64,000 nucleotides of DNA from an uncultured Muribaculaceae bacterium. GTDB lineage: Bacteria; Bacteroidota; Bacteroidia; Bacteroidales; Muribaculaceae. This document shows positions 47,722 to 56,950 of the stretch, one piece after another (the first letter of the stretch is position 1; every line of letters starts with the position of its first letter). The notes below the pieces were generated by a model. That model saw only the letters and a program-made list of their open reading frames with translations, did no database searches and had not been told where the DNA came from. The position numbers were made by a program, and so were the translations under genes. The stretch is from assembly GCA_964520525.1 (NCBI GenBank), contig CAZFNR010000007.1, forward strand, positions 3,968 to 67,967. The letters run 5' to 3'.

Positions 47722-49263
47722 TTATTTGGCAAAACTTACCGACCTCGTTTCACGAATCACGGTAATCTTAACCTGTCCGGGATAGGTCATTTCGTCCTGA
47801 ATGCGTTTAGCTATTTCGCTCGACAACTTTTCGGTTTCAACATCATCTATCTTGTCGGCGCCGACAATGACACGCAGTTCGCGGCCGGCTTGGATAGCAT
47901 AAGTCTTGATGACTCCAGGATAAGATAATGCGAGTTGCTCAAGAGCATTCAGTCGCTTGATGTATGCTTCGACAATTTCGCGGCGAGCTCCAGGACGAGC
48001 ACCTGAAATCGCGTCACAGACTTGCACTATTGGAGCAAGCAGAGTGGTCTGCTCAACCTCGTCATGGTGCGCCCCTATGGCATTGCATATTTCCGGCTTC
48101 TCTTTGTATTTCTCCGCTAGTTTCATGCCGAGAAGCGCATGCGGAAGTTCAGGTTCCTCATCGGGGACTTTTCCTATATCGTGAAGCAGGCCGGCTCGAC
48201 GCGCCTTTTTGGGGTTAAGCCCGAGTTCCGATGCCATAATCGCACAGAGATTAGCGGTTTCACGCGAGTGTTGTAAAAGATTCTGGCCATAGCTTGAACG
48301 GTATTTCATTTTTCCGACAAGGCGAATCAAATCAGGATGTAACCCGTGTATACCAAAATCTATCGCAGTGCGTTTCCCGGTTTCAATGATTTCCTCCTCA
48401 ATCTGCTTTCTTACCTTAGCGACTACCTCCTCGATACGAGCAGGGTGTATGCGACCGTCAGCTACAAGCTGGTGCAGGGCAAGACGTGCGATTTCACGAC
48501 GCACCGGGTCAAAACCAGAGAGGACAATCGCCTCGGGCGTGTCATCAACTATAATCTCTATGCCCGTAGCAGCTTCAAGCGCGCGGATGTTACGTCCTTC
48601 TCTACCTATTATACGGCCCTTAATTTCATCGGAATCGATATGAAACACTGTAACTGAGTTCTCAATAGCTGTTTCAGTAGCAACACGCTGTATCGACTGG
48701 ACGACTATGCGTTTTGCCTCTTTGTTAGCCGTCATCTTCGCCTCGTCCATTATATCATTGATATAGGATGCCGCAGCTGTTTTAGCCTCATCTTTGAGCG
48801 ACTCAACCAACTTTTCCTTTGCTTCCTCGCTCGACAGACCCGAGATATGCTCCAACTCCTCTTGGGCTTTGCGGTGCAATCGGTCAAGCTCAGCCTTGCG
48901 GGCATCAAGCGCACCTTGTTGAGCTTCAAGATTAGCTTTTACAACTTCGTTTTCATTGCGTGCGCGCTGATTTTCACCCTGTTGCTGATTAAGCTGCAAC
49001 TCTCGCTGTTTTTGTTTCGCTTCGATTGATTGAACTTTAGAGAGACGAGACTGTGCTTGTTTTTCAGCTTCCGATTTAATCTTTATTTCCTCCTCGCGAG
49101 CTTCGAGGAGTTTGTTCTGCTTAATCAGGGCGGCTTCTCGTTCGGCCTCCTCAACAATTAATTTTGCTCTGCTTTTGGCCAAAGACTTTTGAATCATGAC
49201 TGCCGCCAAAGCTCCTAAACCAAGAGCACCAACGCCGATTAATACATAAATGAATATATCCAT
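47722..49263 (-). CDS. rny: ribonuclease Y
   Basis: 513 aa with an N-terminal TM helix, a long coiled coil, a KH motif [11 protein letters not shown] and an HD motif LLHDIGK. Confidence 0.95.
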   Translation of the reverse strand: MDIFIYVLIGVGALGLGALAAVMIQKSLAKSRAKLIVEEAEREAALIKQNKLLEAREEEIKIKSEAEKQAQSRLSKVQSIEAKQKQRELQLNQQQGENQRARNENEVVKANLEAQQGALDARKAELDRLHRKAQEELEHISGLSSEEAKEKLVESLKDEAKTAAASYINDIMDEAKMTANKEAKRIVVQSIQRVATETAIENSVTVFHIDSDEIKGRIIGREGRNIRALEAATGIEIIVDDTPEAIVLSGFDPVRREIARLALHQLVADGRIHPARIEEVVAKVRKQIEEEIIETGKRTAIDFGIHGLHPDLIRLVGKMKYRSSYGQNLLQHSRETANLCAIMASELGLNPKKARRAGLLHDIGKVPDEEPELPHALLGMKLAEKYKEKPEICNAIGAHHDEVEQTTLLAPIVQVCDAISGARPGARREIVEAYIKRLNALEQLALSYPGVIKTYAIQAGRELRVIVGADKIDDVETEKLSSEIAKRIQDEMTYPGQVKITVIRETRSVSFAK

Positions 49264-49459
49264 TCTGTGATTAGATTTAAAATATTAAAAAAATAACGCA
49301 CCAACAAACAAATACCGCGGTGAATGCAATTAAACCGTTACCAAGCGGCATTCGATGATAGTGCGAGTGTTATTAGCTTTCTCTAAAGCGTTGGTCGAAT
49401 TTGGTAGATGTATATTACAATATTTTTTGATGTCTATCATCGCATCAGATACTTAGAGG

Positions 49460-49786
49460 TCATTGCCCCGATTGTATCCCCGACGACAACAGCAATCGGT
49501 CAAGTTCACTTTCCAAGCTGTCGAGAAGCCGATCTGCCGCTTCAACATCAGCTTTTCCTGAGAAGTAAAGCTTGGCAAACTGAAAAGCCACCATAGCTAA
49601 AATCTCCTTGGAACTCTTGTCCTTATATCGTTTGCCCCATACGCCGCACAGTTGATTGACATTGTATTCGGCCTGACGATAAATTTCCTCATCAGCTCTC
49701 AATATAGAGAGAGGCATTGGAGCCAAATCAGATATTCGTATTGTTATATTCTGTCTATCAGTCATTGCATCAGTCTTTGAGTTCAT
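49460..49786 (-). CDS. zapA: cell division protein ZapA
   Basis: About 100 aa with a ZapA-like core ITIRISDLAPMPLSI ... EILAMVAFQFA. The start is ATG 49786 (17-nt overlap with the upstream gene) or ATG 49765. Confidence 0.7.
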   Translation of the reverse strand: MNSKTDAMTDRQNITIRISDLAPMPLSILRADEEIYRQAEYNVNQLCGVWGKRYKDKSSKEILAMVAFQFAKLYFSGKADVEAADRLLDSLESELDRLLLSSGIQSGQ

Positions 49787-50063
49787 TGATGCAGTTGTCG
49801 ATTTCCCGCACTAACCCGGCTAAAATGGTGCGACTGCGGTCAACGTCTTCTTTCGTAGGCGATATCGTAGTAGCGACACGTTGGTATTCCAACAATTGTT
49901 GCAACTTTTCGACATCCTTTCGCAAAGTACTCACGATACTCTCAAGCTCCGAAATACGCTGTTGGGCAGCGTGTTTCTCGTTGAGAACAACCTGATAACG
50001 CTCTGTAAGAAGATTCGCCTTACTCTCAATGCGTTCCAATCTTTGCCGCAAGTCTACAGCCAT
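49770..50063 (-). CDS. coiled-coil protein (ZapB-like, hypothetical)
   Basis: 97 aa, heptad-rich throughout (RLERIESKANLLTERYQVVLNEKHAAQQRISELESIVSTLRKDVEKLQQLLE). It lies directly upstream of zapA, and a TATATTTG box lies 16 nt upstream. Confidence 0.5.
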   Translation of the reverse strand: MAVDLRQRLERIESKANLLTERYQVVLNEKHAAQQRISELESIVSTLRKDVEKLQQLLEYQRVATTISPTKEDVDRSRTILAGLVREIDNCINELKD

Positions 50064-50079
50064 CTAAACCAAGTTTTCA

Positions 50080-50087
50080 CAAATATA
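50080..50087 (-). promoter_or_regulatory. candidate -7 box (TATATTTG) for the coiled-coil/zapA pair
   Basis: Exact match on the minus strand 16 nt upstream of ATG 50063. Confidence 0.45.
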
Positions 50088-50178
50088 TATCTTTTTTCTG
50101 AATTAATCTTGGTTTAATTAGCGGCACCACGCATTTTTTAAATTTATTTAGTTAAAATTACAGTTTGATATACAAAAT

Positions 50179-50220
50179 GATACCCGCCAATGCTCATTAT
50201 GTTTCACATTGGCAGGTATC
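50179..50220 (-). terminator. terminator of pfp
   Basis: 14-bp stem (gatacccgccaatg/cattggcaggtatc). Its single mismatch is a G-U wobble only in the minus-strand RNA. On the minus strand it is followed by ATTTTGTAT, and it lies 40 nt after the pfp stop. Confidence 0.65.
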
Positions 50221-50259
50221 TATAAAAGTCGCTGTAGGAAAATTGGGTTTGCGTTACCT

Positions 50260-51906
50260 CTATTTGCCCTGATGTTCGTAACGGAGTGTCATAGAGGGGA
50301 GGTCGCAAACTTCAGCCGGCCCGAAATACTGAATTGGTCCGGGATATACATAGCAAGTATTGACCGCCCAGTCGTCGCGCTTGGATGCAAACTTCATGAA
50401 AGGAGCCCCAGCAAGGTCGACAAGCGCTTTTTGTATCACGGGTTTCATTGCGCCGTTGCGACGCTCCATGTTCATCATCATTGTGATAGGTATGCCACCA
50501 GCAATCCACTGAACAGAGGGTTTAGTCAAATTGCGGACTGATGACATATAGCCTGTCACGCCTGAGTTAACCAAACAAGCTGCATTGAACCCGAGAGCAT
50601 AGCAATAGTCTGCGTCAAAGTTTGACGGGTCAGCGCAACGGCCTTCATAGCCGAAGAAGTGGTGGAGGGCTGAGAACTTACCAACGTACTCACCGTCTTT
50701 AGCCATAACGGCGAGACGTTTGCCGACCATTTCGCTGAGGAGTTTCTCAGTCTCGATGAGCGAAACCTGCACGTTGCCGTGGGGATCGCGATCGAGGCAA
50801 AGTTGTCGAGCCACTTTGTCGGGCAGCGATGCCAGAGTAGCCGCGTTGGCGGCTGAAAGGTTTTGTTTGATGAATGCGAAGATAGCTTCAGCGTCTTCTT
50901 TAGCGAGTTCGGGGTGTTTTGCGAGCACGTCGTTGAGTTCAGCAATCAACGCTTTGATTGCGGGGATGAACTCAATGAGCCCTTCGGGAATCAACACTGT
51001 GCCGAAGTTGTCGCCTACGGCTGCGCGGGCGGCTACGGTCTTGGCGATGTATTCCACTACGTCGTCGAGTGATTGGTTTTTAGCCTCAACTTCTTCGGAT
51101 ACAATGCAGATGTTGGGTTGGGTCTGTAATGCGCACTCTAGGGCGATGTGTGATGCTGAGCGGCCCATCAATTTGATGAAGTGCCAGTATTTTTTAGCAG
51201 AGTTGCAGTCGCGCTGGATGTTGCCGATTACCTCAGAGTAAACTTTGGTAGCTGTGTCGAAGCCGAATGAAGTCTCAATCTGGGCGTTTTTCAAGTCGCC
51301 ATCGATTGTTTTGGGGCAACCGATTACTTGAACGCCGGCTCCGATGGCTTTGTAATATTCGGCGAGGATAGCTGCGTTAGTGTTTGAATCGTCGCCACCT
51401 ATGATGACAACCGCCTTAATGTCAAGCTCTTTGAGAATTTCAAGGCCTTTGTCAAACTGTTCTTTAGTCTCAAGCTTAGTGCGGCCTGAGCCGATGATGT
51501 CGAAACCGCCTGTGTTGCGATATTCGTCGATGATTTCGGCAGTAAGCTCCATATAGCGATGATCAACGAGTCCACTCGGGCCCATCAAGAAACCGAAGAG
51601 ACGGCTGTTGCGGTGGATTTTTTTGATACCGTCAAAGAGACCGCTGATTACGTTGTGGCCACCGGGTGCCTGACCGCCCGACAAGATTACGCCGACGTTA
51701 ATCGGTTGTGTTGCCGAGGGATTGGCGTTTTTCTCAAATTTCAATTCGGGCAAGCCGTATGTGTTGGGGAACAAAGCCTTGATGTCGGTCTGATCGGCTA
51801 CTGACTGGGTGGGTTCTCCTTCTACAGCCTTCACTGCGCCGGTCAATACAATCGGCAACTTGGGCTGATAAGCGGCGCGAGCCTTCTGCAAAGCACTCTT
51901 TTTCAT
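50260..51906 (-). CDS. pfp: diphosphate--fructose-6-phosphate 1-phosphotransferase (PPi-PFK)
   Basis: 548-aa long-type PFK. It carries GGDDSNT (Asp where ATP-PFKs have GGDGS), PKTIDGD and MGR motifs. Confidence 0.9.
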   Translation of the reverse strand: MKKSALQKARAAYQPKLPIVLTGAVKAVEGEPTQSVADQTDIKALFPNTYGLPELKFEKNANPSATQPINVGVILSGGQAPGGHNVISGLFDGIKKIHRNSRLFGFLMGPSGLVDHRYMELTAEIIDEYRNTGGFDIIGSGRTKLETKEQFDKGLEILKELDIKAVVIIGGDDSNTNAAILAEYYKAIGAGVQVIGCPKTIDGDLKNAQIETSFGFDTATKVYSEVIGNIQRDCNSAKKYWHFIKLMGRSASHIALECALQTQPNICIVSEEVEAKNQSLDDVVEYIAKTVAARAAVGDNFGTVLIPEGLIEFIPAIKALIAELNDVLAKHPELAKEDAEAIFAFIKQNLSAANAATLASLPDKVARQLCLDRDPHGNVQVSLIETEKLLSEMVGKRLAVMAKDGEYVGKFSALHHFFGYEGRCADPSNFDADYCYALGFNAACLVNSGVTGYMSSVRNLTKPSVQWIAGGIPITMMMNMERRNGAMKPVIQKALVDLAGAPFMKFASKRDDWAVNTCYVYPGPIQYFGPAEVCDLPSMTLRYEHQGK

Positions 51907-52037
51907 TCAGCTAAATGTTATTATTTGTTTTGATTTGTAATTATAAATTCCGATGAGAGAGATACGGTTATATTCTTTGCAAAGTTCGCAATTATCCGGG
52001 ATATTTTCAACAATTTTCACACACTAAGATGTGAAAA

Positions 52038-53339
52038 TTATTTAACCATGGTCGTCGTGTCTCCTGCAATTGCCACAAGCATCTTATCAACATCCAAATA
52101 ACGGCTTGCACAGTCAGAAATAGCATCGGGCGACAATGAGCCCACAGCCGTCTGTTGACGGTCAAAATAATCTGGTGGAGTGCCGGCAAGGCGTTGCGCG
52201 GCGACATGGTTAATCACGTTAAACGGAGAGTCAAGGATAGAGGCGAGTTCGCTGTTTGCAGTCTGAACAAGGCGTTCAAGTTCTTCTCCCATCGGGGGAT
52301 TTTCTATCAGGTGCCTAATTTCTCGTTTAGTCCCATCAATAACCGCTCTGACGCTGCGGTTGTCGCACTGTGTAGATACCATCACCGCTCCGCCTTCATG
52401 ATAGCCGTAAAGGCCTGCTGATACGCCATATGTCAACCCCTGTTTTTCCCGCAAATTTGTCATCAGGCGACTACCGAAATATCCGCCAAGAGCCATAGCG
52501 ACCAGACGCAGCATACAGTAATCATTATGATATCGGTCTACGGCGGGTATCGCCATGACAACCGCGCTTTGCAACGCTCCTTTGTAGTCAACCACCTCTT
52601 CGACTGAACTGCGGACGGATTCAAACGGCTTCATTCTACGCACTATCGGCTGATTCCCTGTAGGTAACGATTCAAGAAACCTTATGACCGAATCATGTTC
52701 CGATTCATTGAAGCATCCTGCCAAATATGCCGACATGGAACTCGTCGCACACATGAGTCTCTGCGATTCAACCATCATTTGCCAATCAACAGCCGATATA
52801 CGTTCCGGAGTCGCCTCAATAGTTATCGGATGTCCCGAACCCGCCAGTTGACAGAGCGAAGCCGATTCCGCCAGATAATCGACTTTTTTTCGCTGCAACT
52901 CCCATGATGCCACCATTTTATCTTTATTACGACTGATTCGTTGCATGGGGAAAGTCGGGGAGGTTAAAATACCCCTGACAATCGGAAGCACTTTGTCTAA
53001 TTTGCTGCTCAACGATGTGAGCGTAACCACTGAGTTATGGTCCCTCACTTCACTTTTCAGCCATGCTCCGTTAAAGTCAAGCCGGTATTCCACCTCATCT
53101 CCCGACAAGGTTTCACAGCCGTCACGCAATGAGGCAGACACCAACATCGGAATAGCCGGATTATTGAAATCAAGTTTACCCCCGTCATAAACAAGTGTGA
53201 GCTGCACTATCGGCTGATTGCCGGAATTTAAAGTCACGAGATTTGCCCCATTGCCGATATCCCGCATATCGACATCCGGTAACCGTAATTCCGGGAAACC
53301 GGTTATCGCCGGTGAGATTTTTCGATTAACAGCATTCAT
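52038..53339 (-). CDS. M16 family protein lacking the HxxEH zinc motif (probable non-catalytic homolog)
   Basis: 433 aa with M16-like fold signatures (REKQGLTYGVSAG). The position expected for HxxEH reads PMLVSASLRDG. Confidence 0.7.
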   Translation of the reverse strand: MNAVNRKISPAITGFPELRLPDVDMRDIGNGANLVTLNSGNQPIVQLTLVYDGGKLDFNNPAIPMLVSASLRDGCETLSGDEVEYRLDFNGAWLKSEVRDHNSVVTLTSLSSKLDKVLPIVRGILTSPTFPMQRISRNKDKMVASWELQRKKVDYLAESASLCQLAGSGHPITIEATPERISAVDWQMMVESQRLMCATSSMSAYLAGCFNESEHDSVIRFLESLPTGNQPIVRRMKPFESVRSSVEEVVDYKGALQSAVVMAIPAVDRYHNDYCMLRLVAMALGGYFGSRLMTNLREKQGLTYGVSAGLYGYHEGGAVMVSTQCDNRSVRAVIDGTKREIRHLIENPPMGEELERLVQTANSELASILDSPFNVINHVAAQRLAGTPPDYFDRQQTAVGSLSPDAISDCASRYLDVDKMLVAIAGDTTTMVK

Positions 53340-53363
53340 TACTTCTAATAAATGTTAATTGGG

Positions 53364-54125
53364 TTACAGCCCGTTTTGCTCACAAAAGCGGCGAGCTTCT
53401 TCAAGATCGGCAGGAGTGTCTATTCCAATCGTTGGGCAATCGGTCAAACCAACTTTAATTCTATATCCATTATCTATCCATCTCAATTGTTCAAGAGATT
53501 CAGCCAACTCAAGAGGTGATTGGGGTAGTTTTGTAATCTCAGCCAACGTAGACGAACGATATCCATACATACCCACATGTGTCAGAAATTGGAAACGATT
53601 AAGCCATTCTTGCCATTGGTAATTGCGAATATATGGTATAATGGTGCGACTGAAATAAATAGCCATATCATTTTGATTCCTAACAACTTTAACGACATTA
53701 GGGTCAAAAAGCCCTTCAAATCCCTTTGAAGGATCATACGGACGAGCCAACGTGGCAATATCGGTAGATTCATCTTCAAAACATTGTTTCAATGATGAAA
53801 TTTGTTTAGGATTTATAAATGGCTCATCACCTTGAATATTAATTACGACAGTCGCATTTGAGCCGCAATTGCGATAAGCCTCATAACAACGGTCAGTACC
53901 GCTGCGATGCTCTTGGGATGTCATCACTACATTCCCCCCAAAAGCCTTCACAGCATCAGCGATGCGGTTATCGTCTGTTGCGACCAACACATCGTCCAAT
54001 TCCTTAGATGCTTGGCGATACACGCGTTCAATCATAGTCATTTTGCCGATTTCAGCTAACGGTTTGCCGGGAAATCGACTTGAAGCATAGCGCGCGGGGA
54101 TAATGCCAATAAAACTATTGCTCAT
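53364..54125 (-). CDS. kdsB: 3-deoxy-manno-octulosonate cytidylyltransferase (CMP-Kdo synthetase)
   Basis: Internal ATG 54125 gives MSNSFIGIIPARYASSRFPGKPL, the typical KdsB N-terminus. The ORF-track start 54212 would overlap the upstream gene. Confidence 0.9.
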   Translation of the reverse strand: MSNSFIGIIPARYASSRFPGKPLAEIGKMTMIERVYRQASKELDDVLVATDDNRIADAVKAFGGNVVMTSQEHRSGTDRCYEAYRNCGSNATVVINIQGDEPFINPKQISSLKQCFEDESTDIATLARPYDPSKGFEGLFDPNVVKVVRNQNDMAIYFSRTIIPYIRNYQWQEWLNRFQFLTHVGMYGYRSSTLAEITKLPQSPLELAESLEQLRWIDNGYRIKVGLTDCPTIGIDTPADLEEARRFCEQNGL

Positions 54126-54169
54126 AGAAAATATATTTATCGTTATTAAACAAATACATATCGAAACTC

Positions 54170-55210
54170 CTATTTCACATTTTTTCTTGAGAAAAAGCCC
54201 GGCAATAGGCACACTCCGATGACAAGATATACATAATATGATATCAACCGCCAGAAAAGCGCGATAATCAATGCAATTCCTACTCCTGCGGCTCTAGCTA
54301 TCATATCTCCGTAATATTCAGTGAAAAGCCATTCACTGACACCGGAACCTCCGGGTGTCGGACTGACCATCAATGCCACCCATACGACAAGCTGCCTGCC
54401 GAATACTACAAGTTGCTCCGAGCCTGGGACGAACCCCCAAAACAGAGCGTTAACGACTAAAAAACGTGATGTCCATGATAGAGCACTCGCCCCAAAAGTT
54501 TCAAGCCACCATTTCAACGGCTTCCTTTTCAAATGGATTGATGTCGCTACCATATTGTCGGCAACTTCAACTATTTTATATTCCCATCGTCGCAAAATCG
54601 GGAGTCGAAATAGTTTTGTCAAGACTATTTTTACGCCATAAGGCTTCGCAATTATCCCGAAAAACAAGATTAAAGTCCATGCGAACAAGACCCCATAAAC
54701 ACACCAAAATACGATTTCCAACCCTACAGTGAACGTTTCGTTACCATGCCCGAAGCCGAATAATTTATCATGGGGGATTACCAATGCTATAATTGGACAT
54801 GCGATTACAAAAAACAACTCATCGAGAAATATGGTAGTCATCATCAATGTTGTCGCACGCCCTAAAGCGATACCCTCCCGATTAAGATATACCATGCCTA
54901 ATGCGCTTCCACCGACAGCCGATGGGGTAACACACGATGTGAACTCACATAGCATATCCACACGCAAGGCCTGTCGCCATGTCAGCTGGCAATCGGTCAA
55001 AGTCCGCAATCGCCATGTCAGGCCGAAATCTCGACCAACCATAAACAACCATGCGAGGAATATGGCGCCGACAACATGGGGAGTGAAATGTATCAACTGT
55101 AACGTATTAACGCTAAATTCTCGATGAAATAGCCAGACAATTACAGTAACGCCTATCGCCACAGGGGCTATTATCCTGATTATCATGCTATTTTTCGCAC
55201 TGATACTCAT
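54170..55210 (-). CDS. flippase-like membrane protein (lysylphosphatidylglycerol-synthase TM-region / UPF0104 family)
   Basis: A ~345-aa polytopic protein with the UPF0104-like C-terminal motif PTPGGSGVSEW. The start is ATG 55210, or ATG 55252 with a 20-nt overlap with radC. Confidence 0.7.
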   Translation of the reverse strand: MSISAKNSMIIRIIAPVAIGVTVIVWLFHREFSVNTLQLIHFTPHVVGAIFLAWLFMVGRDFGLTWRLRTLTDCQLTWRQALRVDMLCEFTSCVTPSAVGGSALGMVYLNREGIALGRATTLMMTTIFLDELFFVIACPIIALVIPHDKLFGFGHGNETFTVGLEIVFWCVYGVLFAWTLILFFGIIAKPYGVKIVLTKLFRLPILRRWEYKIVEVADNMVATSIHLKRKPLKWWLETFGASALSWTSRFLVVNALFWGFVPGSEQLVVFGRQLVVWVALMVSPTPGGSGVSEWLFTEYYGDMIARAAGVGIALIIALFWRLISYYVYLVIGVCLLPGFFSRKNVK

Positions 55211-55232
55211 GTTGGTCAATCCTTTATTGGCA

Positions 55233-55943
55233 TCACAGTTTGCCCTCGTCATTATATGAGAAATAACCCGATGACGACACTATCAGATGGTCAAGTAGTC
55301 TGATGTCAAGAATCTGGCACGCCTGCTTGATTCGCAGTGTAAGCTGATTGTCGGGAGTACTTGGCACTAAATTCCCCGAAGGATGGTTGTGCACAAGAAT
55401 CAAACCACTTGACAACTTGTCGATAGCGCGTTTCATGAGCAGTTTCACATCGACGAGTGTGCTTGCGGTTCCTCCTCCACTAATACACTCTTTCGATATA
55501 AGTCTGTTGGCATGGGATAAATGCAATACCCAAAATTCCTCGTAGTTTAAACGGCACAGATGCGGATACATCAATTTGTAGGCATCATGGCTACCGCAGA
55601 TGCGAGGATCTTCCTCCGCGAAATCCGCCTGACATCTTATGCCAAGTTCAAAGGCCGCCGCAAGAGATATTGATTTAGCTGGGCCAATGCCTTTATATTT
55701 AGTCGACATCTCATGAATCGACATCTTTGCGAGACGTGACAGACGATTGTCCTGATCGCGCAATATTTCCTGACTCAACTGAATAACTGATTTCCCGGGC
55801 AATCCGCCACCAAATATAATGGCAAGCAGTTCAGCATTGCTCAGTCCTTGAATCCCGATTCTCAATGCTTTTTCGCGAGGACGGTCATCATCATTAAGAT
55901 CATGTATCCTAAAGACTCGGTTATCGGCTTCTTTGTTTGTCAT
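55233..55943 (-). CDS. radC: RadC-family JAB/MPN domain protein
   Basis: N-terminal HhH region DRPREKAL ... LSNAELLAIIFGGG and the JAMM motif LILVHNHPSGNLVPS. ATG 55943 lies 1 nt after the GT2 stop. Confidence 0.85.
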   Translation of the reverse strand: MTNKEADNRVFRIHDLNDDDRPREKALRIGIQGLSNAELLAIIFGGGLPGKSVIQLSQEILRDQDNRLSRLAKMSIHEMSTKYKGIGPAKSISLAAAFELGIRCQADFAEEDPRICGSHDAYKLMYPHLCRLNYEEFWVLHLSHANRLISKECISGGGTASTLVDVKLLMKRAIDKLSSGLILVHNHPSGNLVPSTPDNQLTLRIKQACQILDIRLLDHLIVSSSGYFSYNDEGKL

Positions 55944-55944
55944 T

Positions 55945-56943
55945 TTATTTACCTTTACGCATCGCAATTTCCTGATTTAGATCTCTTCCCCGCCTAAGGA
56001 TTATTTTTGTCATATAGGCTCTAATAAACCCTACGCCATATCCTCCAAGCTGTATAATGCTCGCAGGAAGTGACTTCAAAGCGATATCAAGCGATTTGGT
56101 GGAGAACAGTGCAGAGACAAAAACAGCCCCAAGGTAAACTAACAACGGCATGACAAACCACCATGAAACGAATATCGACAGAAGTATCAACGCTAATGAA
56201 CCAATGACAAATGCAGCCGGAAGCAGATGAACTACTTTAAGAGATTCAGGGTATAGCAACTTGAGTGTGATTCTTGACATTCCGAACACATAAACCTGCC
56301 TGGCGAACAGTTTCATATTGAGTCTGCGTTTATGATAGACATACGCTGCTCTTATGAGGGCTATACTAAATCCGGCTTTGCGTATACGGGTCGACATATC
56401 TATATCCTCTGAAAACATTTCGCGAAAGCCGCCGACTTTATCATAAACTCTTCGAGAAAATCCCATGTTGAATGTTCTCGGTGTGAATTTTTCCAACTGC
56501 ACTTTCCCGCCTCTTATTCCTCCAGTCGTCAGAAATGAAGTCATGGAATAGTTGATGGCCTTTTGCGTATTGGAAAATGATTCATGAGCGGCATCGGGAC
56601 CTCCGAAACAATCCACCGGCGTTTTTTCAAGATATTGAGCAAGAACGGCGAAATAATCGGGAGGTATCACGCAATCTGAATCGAAAAAAATCAGGTAATC
56701 ACCAGTAGAGCGCTCCATACCATAATTTCGTGCAATAGAACGGCCTTCGTTTATCTTGAAATAATACTTGATATCTATCTTGTCTGAATAGGTTGCCACA
56801 ACTTCTCGACAGGGGTCTGTGGAGCCATCTTCGACTATTACGGCCTCAAAATCTTTACACTTTTGCGCGGCAAGGCTTTTGAGTAAATCATCGACTTCTT
56901 CGATTCGATTATATACTGGAATAATTATAGAGAATTTCGGCAT
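55945..56943 (-). CDS. family 2 glycosyltransferase with C-terminal membrane helices
   Basis: 332 aa with GT-A motifs FSIIIPVYNR, VEDGSTDP and FFDSDC. The C-terminal ~110 aa contains several hydrophobic helices. Confidence 0.85.
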   Translation of the reverse strand: MPKFSIIIPVYNRIEEVDDLLKSLAAQKCKDFEAVIVEDGSTDPCREVVATYSDKIDIKYYFKINEGRSIARNYGMERSTGDYLIFFDSDCVIPPDYFAVLAQYLEKTPVDCFGGPDAAHESFSNTQKAINYSMTSFLTTGGIRGGKVQLEKFTPRTFNMGFSRRVYDKVGGFREMFSEDIDMSTRIRKAGFSIALIRAAYVYHKRRLNMKLFARQVYVFGMSRITLKLLYPESLKVVHLLPAAFVIGSLALILLSIFVSWWFVMPLLVYLGAVFVSALFSTKSLDIALKSLPASIIQLGGYGVGFIRAYMTKIILRRGRDLNQEIAMRKGK

Positions 56944-56950
56944 AGATGTA

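Noticed and set aside
49264-49459. 6S RNA downstream of zapA, by analogy with E. coli
   Set aside because: No extended imperfect hairpin with a central bubble could be folded by eye, so it is not called as a feature. It is retained as a low-interest finding to be tested with covariance models.
50720-51241. 173-aa Ser/Ala-rich ORF antisense to pfp
   Set aside because: The sense frame is a full-length PPi-PFK. The antisense composition (S/A/C runs) is typical of a shadow ORF.
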